A stretch of 64,000 bases of DNA from the NCBI RefSeq assembly GCF_013122565.1, contig NZ_CP053258.1; one strand, written 5' to 3'. Numbering within the stretch: the first letter of the stretch is position 1; the number at the start of each line of letters is the position of its first letter. The stretch is from Escherichia coli (GTDB lineage: Bacteria; Pseudomonadota; Gammaproteobacteria; Enterobacterales; Enterobacteriaceae). Below are positions 36,440 through 48,905 of the stretch, in pieces. The translations under genes and the position numbers were made by a program. The notes below the pieces were generated by a model, which worked only from the letters and a program-made list of their open reading frames with translations, had not been told where the DNA came from and ran no database searches.

Positions 36440-37391
36440 CATCATTAAACTGGCGCTGGCGGGATTGCTTAGCGTCTCTACGATTGTGGTTGCTGCAGAA
36501 TCCTCGCCTGAAGCGTTAAGGATTGGCTATCAGAAAAGCAATATCAGTTCTGTGCTGGCGAAAAATTACCAAATGCTGGAAAAACGCTATCCGCAAACAA
36601 AAATCTCGTGGGTGGAGTTTCCCGCGGGACCGCAAATGTTGGAAGCGTTAAACGTTGGCAGTATTGATCTCGGCAGTACCGGGGATATTCCGCCAATCTT
36701 TGCCCAGGCTGCCGGGGCTGATTTGGTATATGTGGGCGTCGAGCCACCGAAGCCCAAAGCCGAAGTGATTCTGGTGGCAGAAAACAGCCCGATCAAAACC
36801 GTAGCCGATCTTAAAGGTCACAAAGTTGCCTTTCAGAAAGGTTCCAGTTCACACAACCTTTTACTGCGTGCACTGCGTCAGGCCGGACTTAAGTTTACCG
36901 ATATACAACCCACTTACCTGACACCCGCTGATGCCCGCGCCGCGTTCCAGCAAGGTAACGTTGACGCCTGGGCTATCTGGGATCCCTACTACTCTGCTGC
37001 ATTATTACAGGGCGGCGTGCGGGTGTTGAAAGACGGCACCGATCTCAATCAAACCGGATCGTTTTATCTGGCAGCTCGCCCCTATGCAGAAAAAAACGGC
37101 GCTTTTATTCAGGGCGTACTGGCAACTTTCAGCAAGGCTGATGCGTTAACTCGCAGCCAGCGTGAGCAAAGCATCGCTTTACTGGCCAAAACAATGGGTT
37201 TACCGGCACCGGTGATTGCCTCGTATCTGGATCATCGTCCTCCCACCACCATCAAACCGGTGAGCGCTGAAGTTGCCGCCTTACAGCAGCAAACGGCAGA
37301 TCTGTTTTATGAAAACCGTCTGGTGCCGAAAAAAGTCGATATTCGCCAGCGCATCTGGCAGCCCACTCAACTGGAAGGAAAACAATTATGA
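36432..37391 (+). CDS. ssuA: Aliphatic sulfonate ABC transporter substrate-binding protein SsuA, 319 aa
   Basis: ORF 36390..37391 trimmed to [21 protein letters not shown]; ATG 36432 overlaps the ssuE stop. Confidence 0.92.
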   Translation: MRNIIKLALAGLLSVSTIVVAAESSPEALRIGYQKSNISSVLAKNYQMLEKRYPQTKISWVEFPAGPQMLEALNVGSIDLGSTGDIPPIFAQAAGADLVYVGVEPPKPKAEVILVAENSPIKTVADLKGHKVAFQKGSSSHNLLLRALRQAGLKFTDIQPTYLTPADARAAFQQGNVDAWAIWDPYYSAALLQGGVRVLKDGTDLNQTGSFYLAARPYAEKNGAFIQGVLATFSKADALTRSQREQSIALLAKTMGLPAPVIASYLDHRPPTTIKPVSAEVAALQQQTADLFYENRLVPKKVDIRQRIWQPTQLEGKQL

Positions 37392-38533
37392 GTCTGAATA
37401 TGTTCTGGTTTTTACCGACCCACGGTGACGGGCACTATCTGGGAACGGAAGAAGGTTCACGCCCGGTTGATCACGGTTATCTGCAACAAATTGCGCAAGC
37501 GGCGGATCGTCTGGGTTATACCGGTGTGCTGATCCCAACGGGGCGCTCCTGCGAAGATGCGTGGCTGGTGGCGGCGTCGATGATCCCGGTGACGCAGCGG
37601 CTGAAGTTTCTTGTCGCCCTGCGCCCCAGCGTAACCTCACCTACCGTTGCCGCTCGCCAGGCCGCCACGCTTGACCGTCTCTCAAATGGTCGTGCGTTGT
37701 TTAATCTGGTCACAGGCAGCGATCCACAAGAGCTGGCAGGCGACGGCGTGTTCCTTGATCATAGCGAGCGCTACGAAGCCTCGGCGGAATTTACCCAGGT
37801 CTGGCGGCGCTTATTGCTGGGGGAAACCGTCGATTTCAACGGTAAACATATTCATGTGCGGGGAGCCAAACTGCTCTTCCCGCCGATTCAACAGCCGTAT
37901 CCTCCGCTTTACTTTGGCGGATCGTCAGACGTCGCCCAGGAGCTGGCGGCAGAACAAGTTGATCTCTACCTCACCTGGGGCGAACCGCCAGAACTGGTTA
38001 AAGAGAAAATCGAACAAGTGCGGGCGAAAGCTGCCGCGCATGGACGCAAAATTCGTTTCGGTATTCGTCTGCATGTGATTGTTCGTGAAACCAACGACGA
38101 AGCGTGGCAGGCCGCCGAGCGGTTAATCTCGCATCTTGATGATGAAACTATCGCCAAAGCACAGGCCGCATTCGCCCGGACGGATTCCGTAGGACAACAG
38201 CGAATGGCGGCGTTACATAATGGCAAGCGCGACAATCTGGAGATCAGCCCCAATTTATGGGCGGGCGTTGGCTTAGTGCGCGGCGGTGCCGGGACGGCGC
38301 TGGTGGGCGATGGTCCTACGGTCGCTGCGCGAATCAACGAATACGCTGCACTTGGCATCGACAGCTTTGTGCTTTCGGGCTACCCGCATCTGGAAGAAGC
38401 GTATCGGGTCGGCGAGTTACTGTTCCCGCATCTGGATGTCGCCATTCCGGAAATTCCCCAGCCGCAGCCGCTGAATCCGCAAGGCGAAGCGGTGGCAAAT
38501 GATTTTATCCCCCGTAAAGTCGCGCAAAGCTAA
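37388..38533 (+). CDS. ssuD: FMNH2-dependent alkanesulfonate monooxygenase SsuD, 381 aa
   Basis: ORF 37388..38533. Confidence 0.94.
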   Translation: MSLNMFWFLPTHGDGHYLGTEEGSRPVDHGYLQQIAQAADRLGYTGVLIPTGRSCEDAWLVAASMIPVTQRLKFLVALRPSVTSPTVAARQAATLDRLSNGRALFNLVTGSDPQELAGDGVFLDHSERYEASAEFTQVWRRLLLGETVDFNGKHIHVRGAKLLFPPIQQPYPPLYFGGSSDVAQELAAEQVDLYLTWGEPPELVKEKIEQVRAKAAAHGRKIRFGIRLHVIVRETNDEAWQAAERLISHLDDETIAKAQAAFARTDSVGQQRMAALHNGKRDNLEISPNLWAGVGLVRGGAGTALVGDGPTVAARINEYAALGIDSFVLSGYPHLEEAYRVGELLFPHLDVAIPEIPQPQPLNPQGEAVANDFIPRKVAQS

Positions 38534-38543
38534 GGAAGAAATA

Positions 38544-39335
38544 ATGGCAACGCCAGTGAAGAAGTGGTTATTGCGCGTTGCCCCCTGGTTTTTACCGGTG
38601 GGCATCGTGGCGGTGTGGCAACTGGCCTCCTCAGTTGGCTGGCTGTCGACGCGTATTTTGCCCTCACCGGAAGGGGTGGTGATGGCGTTCTGGACGCTCT
38701 CCGCCAGCGGCGAACTGTGGCAGCATCTGGCGATCAGCACCTGGCGGGCGCTGATTGGCTTTTCAATTGGCGGATCGCTGGGCTTGATTCTGGGACTGAT
38801 TAGCGGGCTGTCACGCTGGGGAGAACGGCTGCTGGATACCTCCATTCAGATGTTGCGCAACGTGCCGCATCTGGCGCTGATCCCGCTGGTGATTTTGTGG
38901 TTTGGCATTGATGAATCCGCAAAAATCTTTCTGGTGGCGCTCGGTACGCTATTCCCCATTTATATCAACACCTGGCACGGCATCCGTAATATCGATCGCG
39001 GGTTGGTGGAAATGGCGCGTAGCTATGGATTATCCGGCATACCGCTGTTTATCCATGTGATCCTGCCTGGTGCCCTGCCCTCAATTATGGTCGGCGTGCG
39101 TTTTGCGTTGGGCCTGATGTGGCTGACGCTGATTGTTGCCGAAACCATTTCTGCCAATTCAGGCATTGGTTATCTGGCGATGAATGCGCGGGAGTTTTTG
39201 CAAACGGACGTGGTGGTAGTCGCTATTATTCTTTACGCCTTGCTCGGCAAACTTGCTGACGTCAGCGCGCAGCTGTTAGAGCGCCTCTGGTTGCGCTGGA
39301 ATCCGGCTTATCATTTGAAGGAGGCCACGGTATGA
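38544..39335 (+). CDS. ssuC: Aliphatic sulfonate ABC transporter permease SsuC, 263 aa
   Basis: ORF 38499..39335 trimmed to [19 protein letters not shown]. Confidence 0.92.
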
Positions 39336-40099
39336 ATACTGCTCGTCTGAACCAGGGCACGCCATTGTTGCTCAATGCAGTAAGCAAACATTACGCGGAA
39401 AATATCGTCCTGAACCAACTGGATTTACATATTCCGGCAGGTCAGTTTGTGGCGGTGGTGGGCCGCAGCGGTGGTGGCAAAAGTACCCTGCTGCGCCTGC
39501 TGGCAGGGCTGGAAACGCCAACCGCTGGCGATGTGTTAGCGGGCACCACACCGCTGGCTGAAATTCAGGAAGACACGCGAATGATGTTTCAGGATGCGCG
39601 TCTGCTGCCGTGGAAATCGGTGATTGATAACGTTGGGTTAGGCCTTAAAGGCCAGTGGCGCGATGCCGCGCGTCGGGCGTTGGCTGCGGTAGGACTGGAG
39701 AATCGCGCCGGGGAATGGCCTGCCGCACTTTCAGGCGGGCAGAAACAGCGAGTGGCGCTGGCAAGAGCATTGATTCATCGACCGGGTTTATTGTTGCTTG
39801 ATGAACCGCTCGGGGCACTGGACGCCTTAACGCGACTCGAGATGCAGGATTTGATTGTGTCACTTTGGCAGGAGCACGGCTTTACCGTACTGTTGGTGAC
39901 GCATGATGTGAGCGAAGCGGTAGCAATGGCTGACCGGGTGTTATTAATTGAAGAGGGAAAAATTGGTCTGGATTTGACAGTGGATATCCCCCGTCCGCGC
40001 CGGTTAGGGTCAGTGCGATTAGCGGAGCTGGAAGCGGAAGTGTTGCAAAGGGTGATGCAGCGTGGTGAATCTGAAACTCGCCTGAGAAAACAGGGATAA
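39332..40099 (+). CDS. ssuB: Aliphatic sulfonate ABC transporter ATPase SsuB, 255 aa
   Basis: ORF 39332..40099; Walker [10 protein letters not shown], signature LSGGQKQR. Confidence 0.94.
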
Positions 40100-40104
40100 A
40101 TTCC

Positions 40105-40134
40105 CCGAATGGCGGCGCTATTGCCGCCATTCGG
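40105..40134. terminator. Bidirectional terminator hairpin between ssuB and pepN
   Basis: 12-bp stem CCGAATGGCGGC / GCCGCCATTCGG with T-rich flank. Confidence 0.75.
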
Positions 40135-40141
40135 TTATTTA

Positions 40142-42754
40142 TTAAGCCAGTGCTTTGGTGATCTTCTCGTACAGATCGCCAGAGAGATTTTCCAGCCCTT
40201 TCAACTGTTCCAGCGCCGCGCGCATTTTCTCCTGACGTTTGGCATCATAACGTTTCAGGCGAATCAGCGGTTCAATCAGACGTGAAGCTACCTGCGGGTT
40301 ACGGCTGTTGAGGTCGGTAAGCATTTCCACCAGGAACTGGTAACCGCTGCCATCTTCGGCATGGAACGCTGCCGGGTTGCTGCCCGCAAACGCACCAATC
40401 AACGAACGAATACGGTTCGGGTTGCTCATGGTAAATGAGCGATGCTGCAACAGACCACGCACCGTCTCCAGCACATTCGCCGCCGGGCTGGTGGCTTGCA
40501 GGATAAACCATTTATCCATCACCAGACCATCCTGATGCCACTTGTCGTCGTACTCCTGCATCAGCGCGTCACGGCAAGGCAGCTGTGCAGCAACCGCCGC
40601 AGAAAGCGCTGCCAGCGCATCGGTCATATTGTTTGCTTCATGGTATTGCTTGCTCACCAGCACGTCAGCCAGATGCGTTTCACCAAAAGCAAGGAAGCGC
40701 AGGCAGGCATTACGCAGAGTGCGTTTTGCAATATCTTCATGCTCAACACGGTACTCGCTCTGGTAATTCGCGTTGTAAATAGCCAGGAGCTCATCCGCCA
40801 GTTCAGTCGCCAGAGTACGAGTGAGTGCTTCGCGTACTTCGGCAATAGCAATCGGGTCGATGATATCGAACAGTTCAGCCATTTCATTGACAGAAGGCAG
40901 CGTCAGGATTTCTGCCGCCAGCGCCGGATCAATCTTCTCATCGAGCAGCACCGCGCGGAAAGCGTCAGCCACATGTACCGGCAGAGACAGCGGCTGCCCT
41001 TGCTGATGACGGGCGACGTTCAGCTTGATGTAGGTTGCCAGCAAACTTTGCGCCGCATCCCAACGGGAGAAATCATTACGCGCATGACGCATCAGGAAGG
41101 TCAGTTGCTGATCGCTCCACTTATATTCCAGTTTCACTGGCGCAGAGAATTCGCACAGCAGCGCAGGCACCGGCTGGAAGTAGACATTATCAAAAACAAA
41201 GGTCTGTTCCGCCTGAGTGACGTTCAGCACGGAATTCACCGGATGACCGCCTTTCTGCAACGGGATCACTTTGCCTTCGTTATCATACAGTTCGATGGCA
41301 AACGGAATATGCAGCGGCTGTTTTTCTGCCTGATCCGGCGTGGCTGGCGTGCGCTGGCTGATGGTCAGGGTGTACTGCTCGGTTTCCGGATTGTAGTCGT
41401 CTTTGACGGTCACAACCGGCGTACCGGACTGGCTGTACCAACGGCGGAAATGGGAGAGATCGACATTCGACGCATCTTCCATCGCCTGCACAAAGTCGTC
41501 GCAGGTTGCCGCGCTACCATCATGGCGCTCGAAATAGAGTTGCATCCCTTTCTGGAAGTTTTCCTCGCCAAGCAGGGTGTGGATCATGCGAATCACTTCC
41601 GCGCCCTTCTCGTAAACGGTCAGGGTGTAGAAGTTGTTCATCTCAATGACCATATCCGGGCGGATTGGGTGCGCCATCGGGCTGGCGTCTTCCGCAAACT
41701 GCAATCCGCGCATGGTGCGCACATTATTGATGCGGTTAACTGCACGGGAACCAAGGTCAGAGCTGAATTCCTGATCGCGGAAGACGGTTAAACCTTCTTT
41801 CAGGCTGAGCTGGAACCAGTCGCGGCAGGTCACTCGGTTACCGGTCCAGTTATGGAAATATTCATGGCCGATAACGCGTTCAATATCGAGGTAATCTTTG
41901 TCGGTGGCAGTATCGGTGCGGGCCAGCACATATTTGGAGTTAAAGATATTCAGCCCCTTATTCTCCATTGCGCCCATATTGAAGAAATCCACCGCGACGA
42001 TCATATAGATGTCGAGGTCATACTCCAGGCCAAAGCGTTCTTCATCCCATTTCATGGAGTTTTTCAGCGAGGTCATCGCCCACGGCGCGCGATCAAGGTT
42101 GCCGCGATCGACGTACAGCTCCAGTGCTACTTCGCGACCAGAACGCGTGGTAAAGGTATCGCGCAGTACATCAAAGTCGCCTGCCACCAGCGCAAACAGG
42201 TAGCACGGTTTCGGGAACGGGTCCTGCCACTGTACCCAATGACGTCCGTTTTCCAGTTCGCCTTGTGCAACGCGGTTACCGTTGGAAAGCAGGAAGGGAT
42301 ATTTGGTTTTATCGGCAATAATTTTGGTGGTAAAACGAGCCAGTACGTCCGGGCGGTCGAGATAATACGTAATGTGGCGGAAACCTTCGGCTTCACACTG
42401 GGTGCAAAGCGCATCGCCTGACTGATAAAGCCCTTCCAGCGCCGTATTCGCCGCCGGGCTTATTTCATTAATGATCTTAAGCGTAAAACGCTCCGGCAAA
42501 TTACTGATGACCAGTGCGCCCTCTTCTTCTTTCCAGGCGGTCCACGGCTCATCATTAATATGAACAGAAACCAGTTTGAGGTCTTCGCCGTTGAGACGAA
42601 GCGGAGCATCTGATGCACCATGACGGACAGCCTGGCTGACCGCGGTAACGACCGTCTTTTGCGCGTCGAGGTCAAAGGTCAAGTCAATATCAGTAATCTG
42701 GTAATCCGGCGCACGATAATCGTGACGGTATTTGGCTTGTGGCTGTTGAGTCAT
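40142..42754 (-). CDS. pepN: Aminopeptidase N (M1 family), 870 aa
   Basis: ORF 40142..42754; zinc motif HEYFHNWTGNRVT...E. Confidence 0.95.
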   Translation of the reverse strand: MTQQPQAKYRHDYRAPDYQITDIDLTFDLDAQKTVVTAVSQAVRHGASDAPLRLNGEDLKLVSVHINDEPWTAWKEEEGALVISNLPERFTLKIINEISPAANTALEGLYQSGDALCTQCEAEGFRHITYYLDRPDVLARFTTKIIADKTKYPFLLSNGNRVAQGELENGRHWVQWQDPFPKPCYLFALVAGDFDVLRDTFTTRSGREVALELYVDRGNLDRAPWAMTSLKNSMKWDEERFGLEYDLDIYMIVAVDFFNMGAMENKGLNIFNSKYVLARTDTATDKDYLDIERVIGHEYFHNWTGNRVTCRDWFQLSLKEGLTVFRDQEFSSDLGSRAVNRINNVRTMRGLQFAEDASPMAHPIRPDMVIEMNNFYTLTVYEKGAEVIRMIHTLLGEENFQKGMQLYFERHDGSAATCDDFVQAMEDASNVDLSHFRRWYSQSGTPVVTVKDDYNPETEQYTLTISQRTPATPDQAEKQPLHIPFAIELYDNEGKVIPLQKGGHPVNSVLNVTQAEQTFVFDNVYFQPVPALLCEFSAPVKLEYKWSDQQLTFLMRHARNDFSRWDAAQSLLATYIKLNVARHQQGQPLSLPVHVADAFRAVLLDEKIDPALAAEILTLPSVNEMAELFDIIDPIAIAEVREALTRTLATELADELLAIYNANYQSEYRVEHEDIAKRTLRNACLRFLAFGETHLADVLVSKQYHEANNMTDALAALSAAVAAQLPCRDALMQEYDDKWHQDGLVMDKWFILQATSPAANVLETVRGLLQHRSFTMSNPNRIRSLIGAFAGSNPAAFHAEDGSGYQFLVEMLTDLNSRNPQVASRLIEPLIRLKRYDAKRQEKMRAALEQLKGLENLSGDLYEKITKALA

Positions 42755-43019
42755 AAATAACCTTTAGCATCTTTTATAGAGTCTGGTGTTCAGTCTATTC
42801 CTGTTGCGTAAATCGCGCTATGCAGAATCTTCATCTTTTCAGGTACAAACGCCTTTATTGCTACATTTTTATAACATACACCGCGTAATGCCATCGACCA
42901 GAAAGGTGGCATATGGTGTGATCGGGGTTCAATAAATTGCGAAACAAGGTATACTCCAGCAGTTCCTGAAGATGTTTATTGTACTAAACGCTCCTGTACG
43001 AGGACGCTACTGCGCACCT

Positions 43020-44222
43020 ATGACACAATTCGCTTCTCCTGTTCTGCACTCGTTGCTGGATACAGATGCTTATAAGTTGCATATGCAGCAAGCCGTGTTT
43101 CATCACTATTACGATGTGCATGTCGCGGCGGAGTTTCGTTGCCGAGGTGACGATCTGCTGGGTATTTATGCCGATGCTATTCGTGAACAGGTTCAGGCGA
43201 TGCAGCACCTGCGCCTGCAGGATGATGAATATCAGTGGCTTTCTGCCCTGCCTTTCTTTAAGGCCGACTATCTTAACTGGTTACGCGAGTTCCGCTTTAA
43301 CCCGGAACAAGTCACCGTGTCCAACGATAATGGCAAGCTGGATATTCGTTTAAGCGGCCCGTGGCGTGAAGTCATCCTCTGGGAAGTTCCTTTGCTGGCG
43401 GTTATCAGTGAAATGGTACATCGCTATCGCTCACCGCAGGCCGACGTTGCGCAAGCCCTCGACACGCTGGAAAGCAAATTAGTCGACTTCTCGGCGTTAA
43501 CCGCCGGTCTTGATATGTCGCGCTTCCATCTGATGGATTTTGGCACCCGTCGCCGTTTTTCTCGCGAAGTACAAGAAACCATCGTTAAGCGTCTGCAACA
43601 GGAATCCTGGTTCGTGGGCACCAGCAACTACGATCTGGCGCGTCGGCTTTCCCTCACGCCGATGGGAACACAGGCACACGAATGGTTCCAGGCACATCAG
43701 CAAATCAGCCCGGATCTAGCCAACAGCCAGCGAGCTGCACTTGCTGCCTGGCTGGAAGAATATCCCGACCAACTAGGCATTGCATTAACCGACTGCATCA
43801 CTATGGATGCTTTCCTGCGTGATTTCGGTGTCGAGTTCGCCAGTCGGTATCAGGGCCTGCGTCATGACTCTGGCGACCCGGTTGAATGGGGCGAAAAAGC
43901 CATTGCACATTATGAAAAGCTGGGAATTGATCCACAGAGTAAAACGCTGGTTTTCTCTGACAATCTGGATTTACGCAAAGCGGTCGAGCTATACCGCCAC
44001 TTCTCTTCCCGCGTGCAATTAAGTTTTGGTATTGGGACTCGCCTGACCTGCGATATCCCCCAGGTAAAACCCCTGAATATTGTCATTAAGTTGGTAGAGT
44101 GTAACGGTAAACCGGTGGCGAAACTTTCTGACAGCCCTGGCAAAACTATCTGCCACGATAAAGCGTTTGTGCGGGCGCTGCGCAAAGCGTTCGACCTTCC
44201 GCATATTAAAAAAGCCAGTTAA
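43020..44222 (+). CDS. pncB: Nicotinate phosphoribosyltransferase PncB, 400 aa
   Basis: ORF 42972..44222 trimmed to [24 protein letters not shown]. Confidence 0.93.
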   Translation: MTQFASPVLHSLLDTDAYKLHMQQAVFHHYYDVHVAAEFRCRGDDLLGIYADAIREQVQAMQHLRLQDDEYQWLSALPFFKADYLNWLREFRFNPEQVTVSNDNGKLDIRLSGPWREVILWEVPLLAVISEMVHRYRSPQADVAQALDTLESKLVDFSALTAGLDMSRFHLMDFGTRRRFSREVQETIVKRLQQESWFVGTSNYDLARRLSLTPMGTQAHEWFQAHQQISPDLANSQRAALAAWLEEYPDQLGIALTDCITMDAFLRDFGVEFASRYQGLRHDSGDPVEWGEKAIAHYEKLGIDPQSKTLVFSDNLDLRKAVELYRHFSSRVQLSFGIGTRLTCDIPQVKPLNIVIKLVECNGKPVAKLSDSPGKTICHDKAFVRALRKAFDLPHIKKAS

Positions 44223-44230
44223 TATCATCA

Positions 44231-44255
44231 GGGAGCTAATCGGCTCCCTTTTTTT
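44231..44255 (+). terminator. Rho-independent terminator after pncB
   Basis: Stem GGGAGC / GCTCCC followed by TTTTTTT. Confidence 0.65.
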
Positions 44256-44391
44256 ACCTTTAATTCCGAAATCTTTCGCTGCATTTGCGAATTCTGCTTG
44301 TCTGATTGCAGATGCCAGGTAACATAGGTATCCCCCCCATTTACGGGTGGACAAGTGTTTATTTTTTCCGACTATTAACAGAGAGAATATT

Positions 44392-45792
44392 ATGAGCGTT
44401 GTGCCTGTAGCCGACGTACTCCAGGGCCGCGTAGCCGTTGACAGCGAAGTCACCGTACGCGGATGGGTACGTACCCGCCGAGATTCAAAAGCTGGCATCT
44501 CCTTCCTCGCCGTTTATGACGGTTCCTGCTTTGATCCTGTACAGGCTGTCATCAATAATTCTCTGCCCAATTACAATGAAGACGTCCTGCGTCTGACCAC
44601 CGGTTGCTCGGTCATTGTGACGGGTAAAGTCGTGGCGTCGCCGGGCCAGGGGCAACAATTTGAAATTCAGGCCAGCAAGGTTGAAGTTGCTGGTTGGGTT
44701 GAAGATCCAGACACTTACCCGATGGCGGCAAAACGCCACAGCATTGAGTATCTGCGTGAAGTCGCTCACCTGCGTCCGCGCACAAACCTGATTGGTGCCG
44801 TCGCGCGCGTTCGTCATACGCTGGCGCAGGCGCTGCATCGCTTCTTTAACGAGCAGGGATTCTTCTGGGTTTCAACGCCACTGATTACTGCGTCTGATAC
44901 CGAAGGTGCTGGCGAAATGTTCCGCGTTTCTACGCTGGATCTGGAAAACCTGCCGCGTAACGATCAGGGCAAAGTGGATTTCGACAAAGACTTCTTTGGT
45001 AAAGAGTCTTTCCTGACCGTATCTGGCCAGTTGAACGGCGAAACCTACGCTTGCGCATTGTCCAAAATTTATACCTTCGGCCCGACTTTCCGTGCTGAAA
45101 ACTCCAACACCAGCCGTCACCTGGCGGAATTCTGGATGCTGGAGCCGGAAGTGGCGTTTGCTAACCTGAACGATATCGCGGGTCTGGCTGAAGCCATGCT
45201 GAAATATGTCTTCAAAGCGGTTCTCGAAGAACGCGCAGACGACATGAAATTCTTCGCTGAACGCGTAGATAAAGATGCCGTTTCACGTCTGGAACGCTTC
45301 ATTGAGGCCGATTTCGCGCAGGTGGATTACACCGACGCAGTGACCATTCTCGAAAACTGCGGCAGGAAGTTTGAAAACCCGGTTTACTGGGGCGTCGATC
45401 TCTCTTCTGAGCATGAGCGTTATCTGGCGGAAGAACACTTTAAAGCACCGGTAGTGGTTAAAAACTATCCGAAAGATATTAAAGCGTTCTATATGCGCCT
45501 CAACGAAGACGGTAAAACCGTTGCGGCTATGGACGTTCTGGCTCCGGGCATCGGTGAGATCATTGGTGGCTCCCAGCGTGAAGAACGTCTGGACGTGCTG
45601 GACGAGCGTATGCTGGAAATGGGCCTGAATAAAGAAGATTACTGGTGGTATCGCGATCTGCGTCGCTACGGTACTGTTCCGCATTCAGGTTTCGGTCTTG
45701 GTTTTGAACGCCTGATTGCTTACGTAACTGGTGTGCAAAACGTGCGTGATGTGATTCCGTTCCCACGTACTCCGCGTAACGCCAGCTTCTAA
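44392..45792 (+). CDS. asnS: Asparaginyl-tRNA synthetase AsnS, 466 aa
   Basis: ORF 44347..45792 trimmed to [33 protein letters not shown]. Confidence 0.95.
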
Positions 45793-45804
45793 TTTAGCGT
45801 CTAC

Positions 45805-45832
45805 AAGAGCCAGCACCCGCTGGCTCTTTTTT
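45805..45832 (+). terminator. Rho-independent terminator after asnS
   Basis: Stem GAGCCAGC / GCTGGCTC, loop ACCC, followed by TTTTTT. Confidence 0.8.
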
Positions 45833-45903
45833 ATCCTTTCTGTCAAGTTATCTGTTTGTTAAGTCAAGCAATCTATTTGCAACCCCGCCATAACGATCAT
45901 CCT

Positions 45904-45933
45904 GTTACGGAATATTACATTGCAACATTTACG
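45904..45933 (+). promoter_or_regulatory. Distal OmpR-binding site (F4-like) upstream of ompF
   Basis: GTTACGGAATATTACATTGCAACATTTACG with repeated TTACG/ACATT units about 380 nt upstream of the expected ompF TSS. Confidence 0.55.
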
Positions 45934-46183
45934 CACAAAAAATAACCCGCATTCTTATTGCGGATTAGTTTTTTCTTAGCTGATAGCACAATTTTCATAC
46001 TATTTTTTGGCATTCTGGATGTCTGAAAGAAGATTTTGTGCCAGGTCGATAAAGTTTCCATCAGAAACAAAATTTCCGTTTAGTTAATTTAAATATAAGG
46101 AAATCATATAAATAGATAAAAATTGCTGTAAATATCATCACGCTTCTATGGAAATATGACGGTGTTCACAAAGTTCCTTAATT

Positions 46184-46248
46184 TTTACTTTTGGTTACAT
46201 ATTTTTTCTTTTTGAAACCAAATCTTTATATTTGTAGCACTTTCACGG
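46184..46248 (+). promoter_or_regulatory. Proximal OmpR-binding sites F1-F2-F3 and ompF promoter
   Basis: TTTACTTTTGGTTACATATTTTTTCTTTTTGAAACCAAATCTTTATATTTGTAGCACTTTCACGG, tandem GNNNC/ACATNT-like OmpR half-sites. Confidence 0.75.
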
Positions 46249-46392
46249 TAGCGAAACGTTAGTTTGAATGGAAAGATGCCTGCAGACACATAAAGACACC
46301 AAACTCTCATCAATAGTTCCGTAAATTTTTATTGACAGAACTTATTGACGGCAGTGGCAGGTGTCATAAAAAAACCATGAGGGTAATAAATA

Positions 46393-47481
46393 ATGATGAA
46401 GCGCAATATTCTGGCAGTGATCGTCCCTGCTCTGTTAGTAGCAGGTACTGCAAACGCTGCAGAAATCTATAACAAAGATGGCAACAAAGTAGATCTGTAC
46501 GGTAAAGCTGTCGGTCTGCATTATTTCTCCAAGGGTAACGGTGAAAACAGTTACGGTGGCAATGGCGACATGACCTATGCCCGTCTTGGTTTTAAAGGGG
46601 AAACTCAAATCAATTCCGATCTGACCGGTTATGGTCAGTGGGAATATAACTTCCAGGGTAACAACTCTGAAGGCGCTGACGCTCAAACTGGTAACAAAAC
46701 GCGTCTGGCATTCGCGGGTCTTAAATACGCTGACGTTGGTTCTTTCGATTACGGTCGTAACTACGGTGTGGTTTATGATGCACTGGGTTACACCGATATG
46801 CTGCCTGAGTTTGGCGGTGACACGGCATACAGCGATGACTTCTTCGTTGGTCGTGTTGGCGGCGTTGCTACCTATCGTAACTCCAACTTCTTTGGTCTGG
46901 TTGATGGCCTGAACTTCGCTGTTCAGTACCTGGGTAAAAACGAGCGTGACACTGCACGCCGCTCTAACGGCGACGGTGTTGGCGGTTCTATCAGCTACGA
47001 ATACGAAGGCTTTGGTATCGTTGGTGCTTATGGTGCAGCTGACCGTACCAACCTGCAAGAAGCTCAACCTCTTGGCAACGGTAAAAAAGCTGAACAGTGG
47101 GCTACTGGTCTGAAGTACGACGCGAACAACATCTACCTGGCAGCGAACTACGGTGAAACCCGTAACGCTACGCCGATCACTAATAAATTTACAAACACCA
47201 GCGGCTTCGCCAACAAAACGCAAGACGTTCTGTTAGTTGCGCAATACCAGTTCGATTTCGGTCTGCGTCCGTCCATCGCTTACACCAAATCTAAAGCGAA
47301 AGACGTAGAAGGTATCGGTGATGTTGATCTGGTGAACTACTTTGAAGTGGGCGCAACCTACTACTTCAACAAAAACATGTCCACCTATGTTGACTACATC
47401 ATCAACCAGATCGATTCTGACAACAAACTGGGCGTAGGTTCAGACGACACCGTTGCTGTGGGTATCGTTTACCAGTTCTAA
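46393..47481 (+). CDS. ompF: Outer membrane porin OmpF precursor, 362 aa
   Basis: ORF 46393..47481; signal [22 protein letters not shown]; C-terminal VYQF. Confidence 0.96.
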
Positions 47482-47506
47482 TAGCACACCTCTTTGTTAA
47501 ATGCCG

Positions 47507-47536
47507 AAAAAACAGGACTTTGGTCCTGTTTTTTTT
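47507..47536 (+). terminator. Rho-independent terminator after ompF
   Basis: AAAAAA-CAGGAC-TTTG-GTCCTG-TTTTTTTT. Confidence 0.85.
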
Positions 47537-47665
47537 ATGCCTTCCAGAGCAATCTCACGTCTTGCAAAAACAGCCTGCGTTTTCATCAGTAATAGTTGGA
47601 ATTTTGTAAATCTCCCGTTACCCTGATAGCGGACTTCCCTTCTGTAACCATAATGGAACCTCGTC

Positions 47666-48856
47666 ATGTTTGAGAACATTACCGCCGCTCCTGCCGACCC
47701 GATTCTGGGCCTGGCCGATCTGTTTCGTGCCGATGAACGTCCCGGCAAAATTAACCTCGGGATTGGTGTCTATAAAGATGAGACGGGCAAAACCCCGGTA
47801 CTGACCAGCGTGAAAAAGGCTGAACAGTATCTGCTCGAAAATGAAACCACCAAAAATTACCTCGGCATTGACGGCATCCCTGAATTTGGTCGCTGCACTC
47901 AGGAACTGCTGTTTGGTAAAGGTAGCGCCCTGATCAATGACAAACGTGCTCGCACGGCACAGACTCCGGGTGGCACTGGCGCACTACGCGTGGCTGCCGA
48001 TTTCCTGGCAAAAAATACCAGCGTTAAGCGTGTGTGGGTGAGCAACCCAAGCTGGCCGAACCATAAGAGCGTCTTTAACTCTGCAGGTCTGGAAGTTCGT
48101 GAATACGCTTATTATGATGCGGAAAACCACACCCTTGACTTCGATGCACTGATTAACAGCCTGAACGAAGCTCAGGCTGGCGACGTAGTGCTGTTCCATG
48201 GCTGCTGCCATAACCCAACCGGTATCGACCCTACGCTGGAACAATGGCAGACACTGGCACAACTCTCCGTTGAGAAAGGCTGGTTACCGCTGTTTGACTT
48301 CGCTTACCAGGGGTTTGCCCGTGGTCTGGAAGAAGATGCTGAAGGACTGCGCGCTTTCGCGGCTATGCATAAAGAGCTGATTGTTGCCAGTTCCTACTCT
48401 AAAAACTTTGGCCTGTACAACGAGCGTGTTGGCGCTTGTACTCTGGTTGCTGCCGACAGTGAAACCGTTGATCGCGCATTCAGCCAAATGAAAGCGGCGA
48501 TTCGCGCTAACTACTCTAACCCACCAGCACACGGCGCTTCTGTTGTTGCCACCATCCTGAGCAACGATGCGTTACGTGCGATTTGGGAACAAGAGCTGAC
48601 TGATATGCGCCAGCGTATTCAGCGTATGCGTCAGTTGTTCGTCAATACGCTGCAGGAAAAAGGCGCAAACCGCGACTTCAGCTTTATCATCAAACAGAAC
48701 GGCATGTTCTCCTTCAGTGGCCTGACAAAAGAACAAGTGCTGCGTCTGCGCGAAGAGTTTGGCGTGTATGCTGTTGCTTCTGGTCGCGTAAACGTGGCCG
48801 GGATGACACCAGATAATATGGCTCCGCTGTGCGAAGCGATTGTGGCAGTGCTGTAA
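47666..48856 (+). CDS. aspC: Aspartate aminotransferase AspC, 396 aa
   Basis: ORF 47666..48856; PLP-lysine motif [14 protein letters not shown]. Confidence 0.96.
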   Translation: MFENITAAPADPILGLADLFRADERPGKINLGIGVYKDETGKTPVLTSVKKAEQYLLENETTKNYLGIDGIPEFGRCTQELLFGKGSALINDKRARTAQTPGGTGALRVAADFLAKNTSVKRVWVSNPSWPNHKSVFNSAGLEVREYAYYDAENHTLDFDALINSLNEAQAGDVVLFHGCCHNPTGIDPTLEQWQTLAQLSVEKGWLPLFDFAYQGFARGLEEDAEGLRAFAAMHKELIVASSYSKNFGLYNERVGACTLVAADSETVDRAFSQMKAAIRANYSNPPAHGASVVATILSNDALRAIWEQELTDMRQRIQRMRQLFVNTLQEKGANRDFSFIIKQNGMFSFSGLTKEQVLRLREEFGVYAVASGRVNVAGMTPDNMAPLCEAIVAVL

Positions 48857-48871
48857 ACGTTAAAAACAATG

Positions 48872-48897
48872 AAGCCCGCTGAAAAGCGGGCTTTTTT
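48872..48897. terminator. Bidirectional terminator between aspC and ycbL
   Basis: Stem AAGCCCGCT / AGCGGGCTT, loop GAAA, then TTTTTT. Confidence 0.85.
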
Positions 48898-48905
48898 ATG
48901 CGCCT

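Noticed and set aside
40442-41791. 449-aa ORF on the plus strand antisense to pepN, with similar long antisense frames at 261..1124 (inside hyaA), 52468..53202 (inside mukB), 19514..20185 (inside pqiB) and 23868..24479 (inside rlmL)
   Set aside because: Each lies wholly inside a well-supported gene on the opposite strand. Their translations are Arg/Gln/His-rich and low-complexity, with no recognisable motifs or ribosome binding sites, the usual stop-codon-poor shadow of codon-biased genes.
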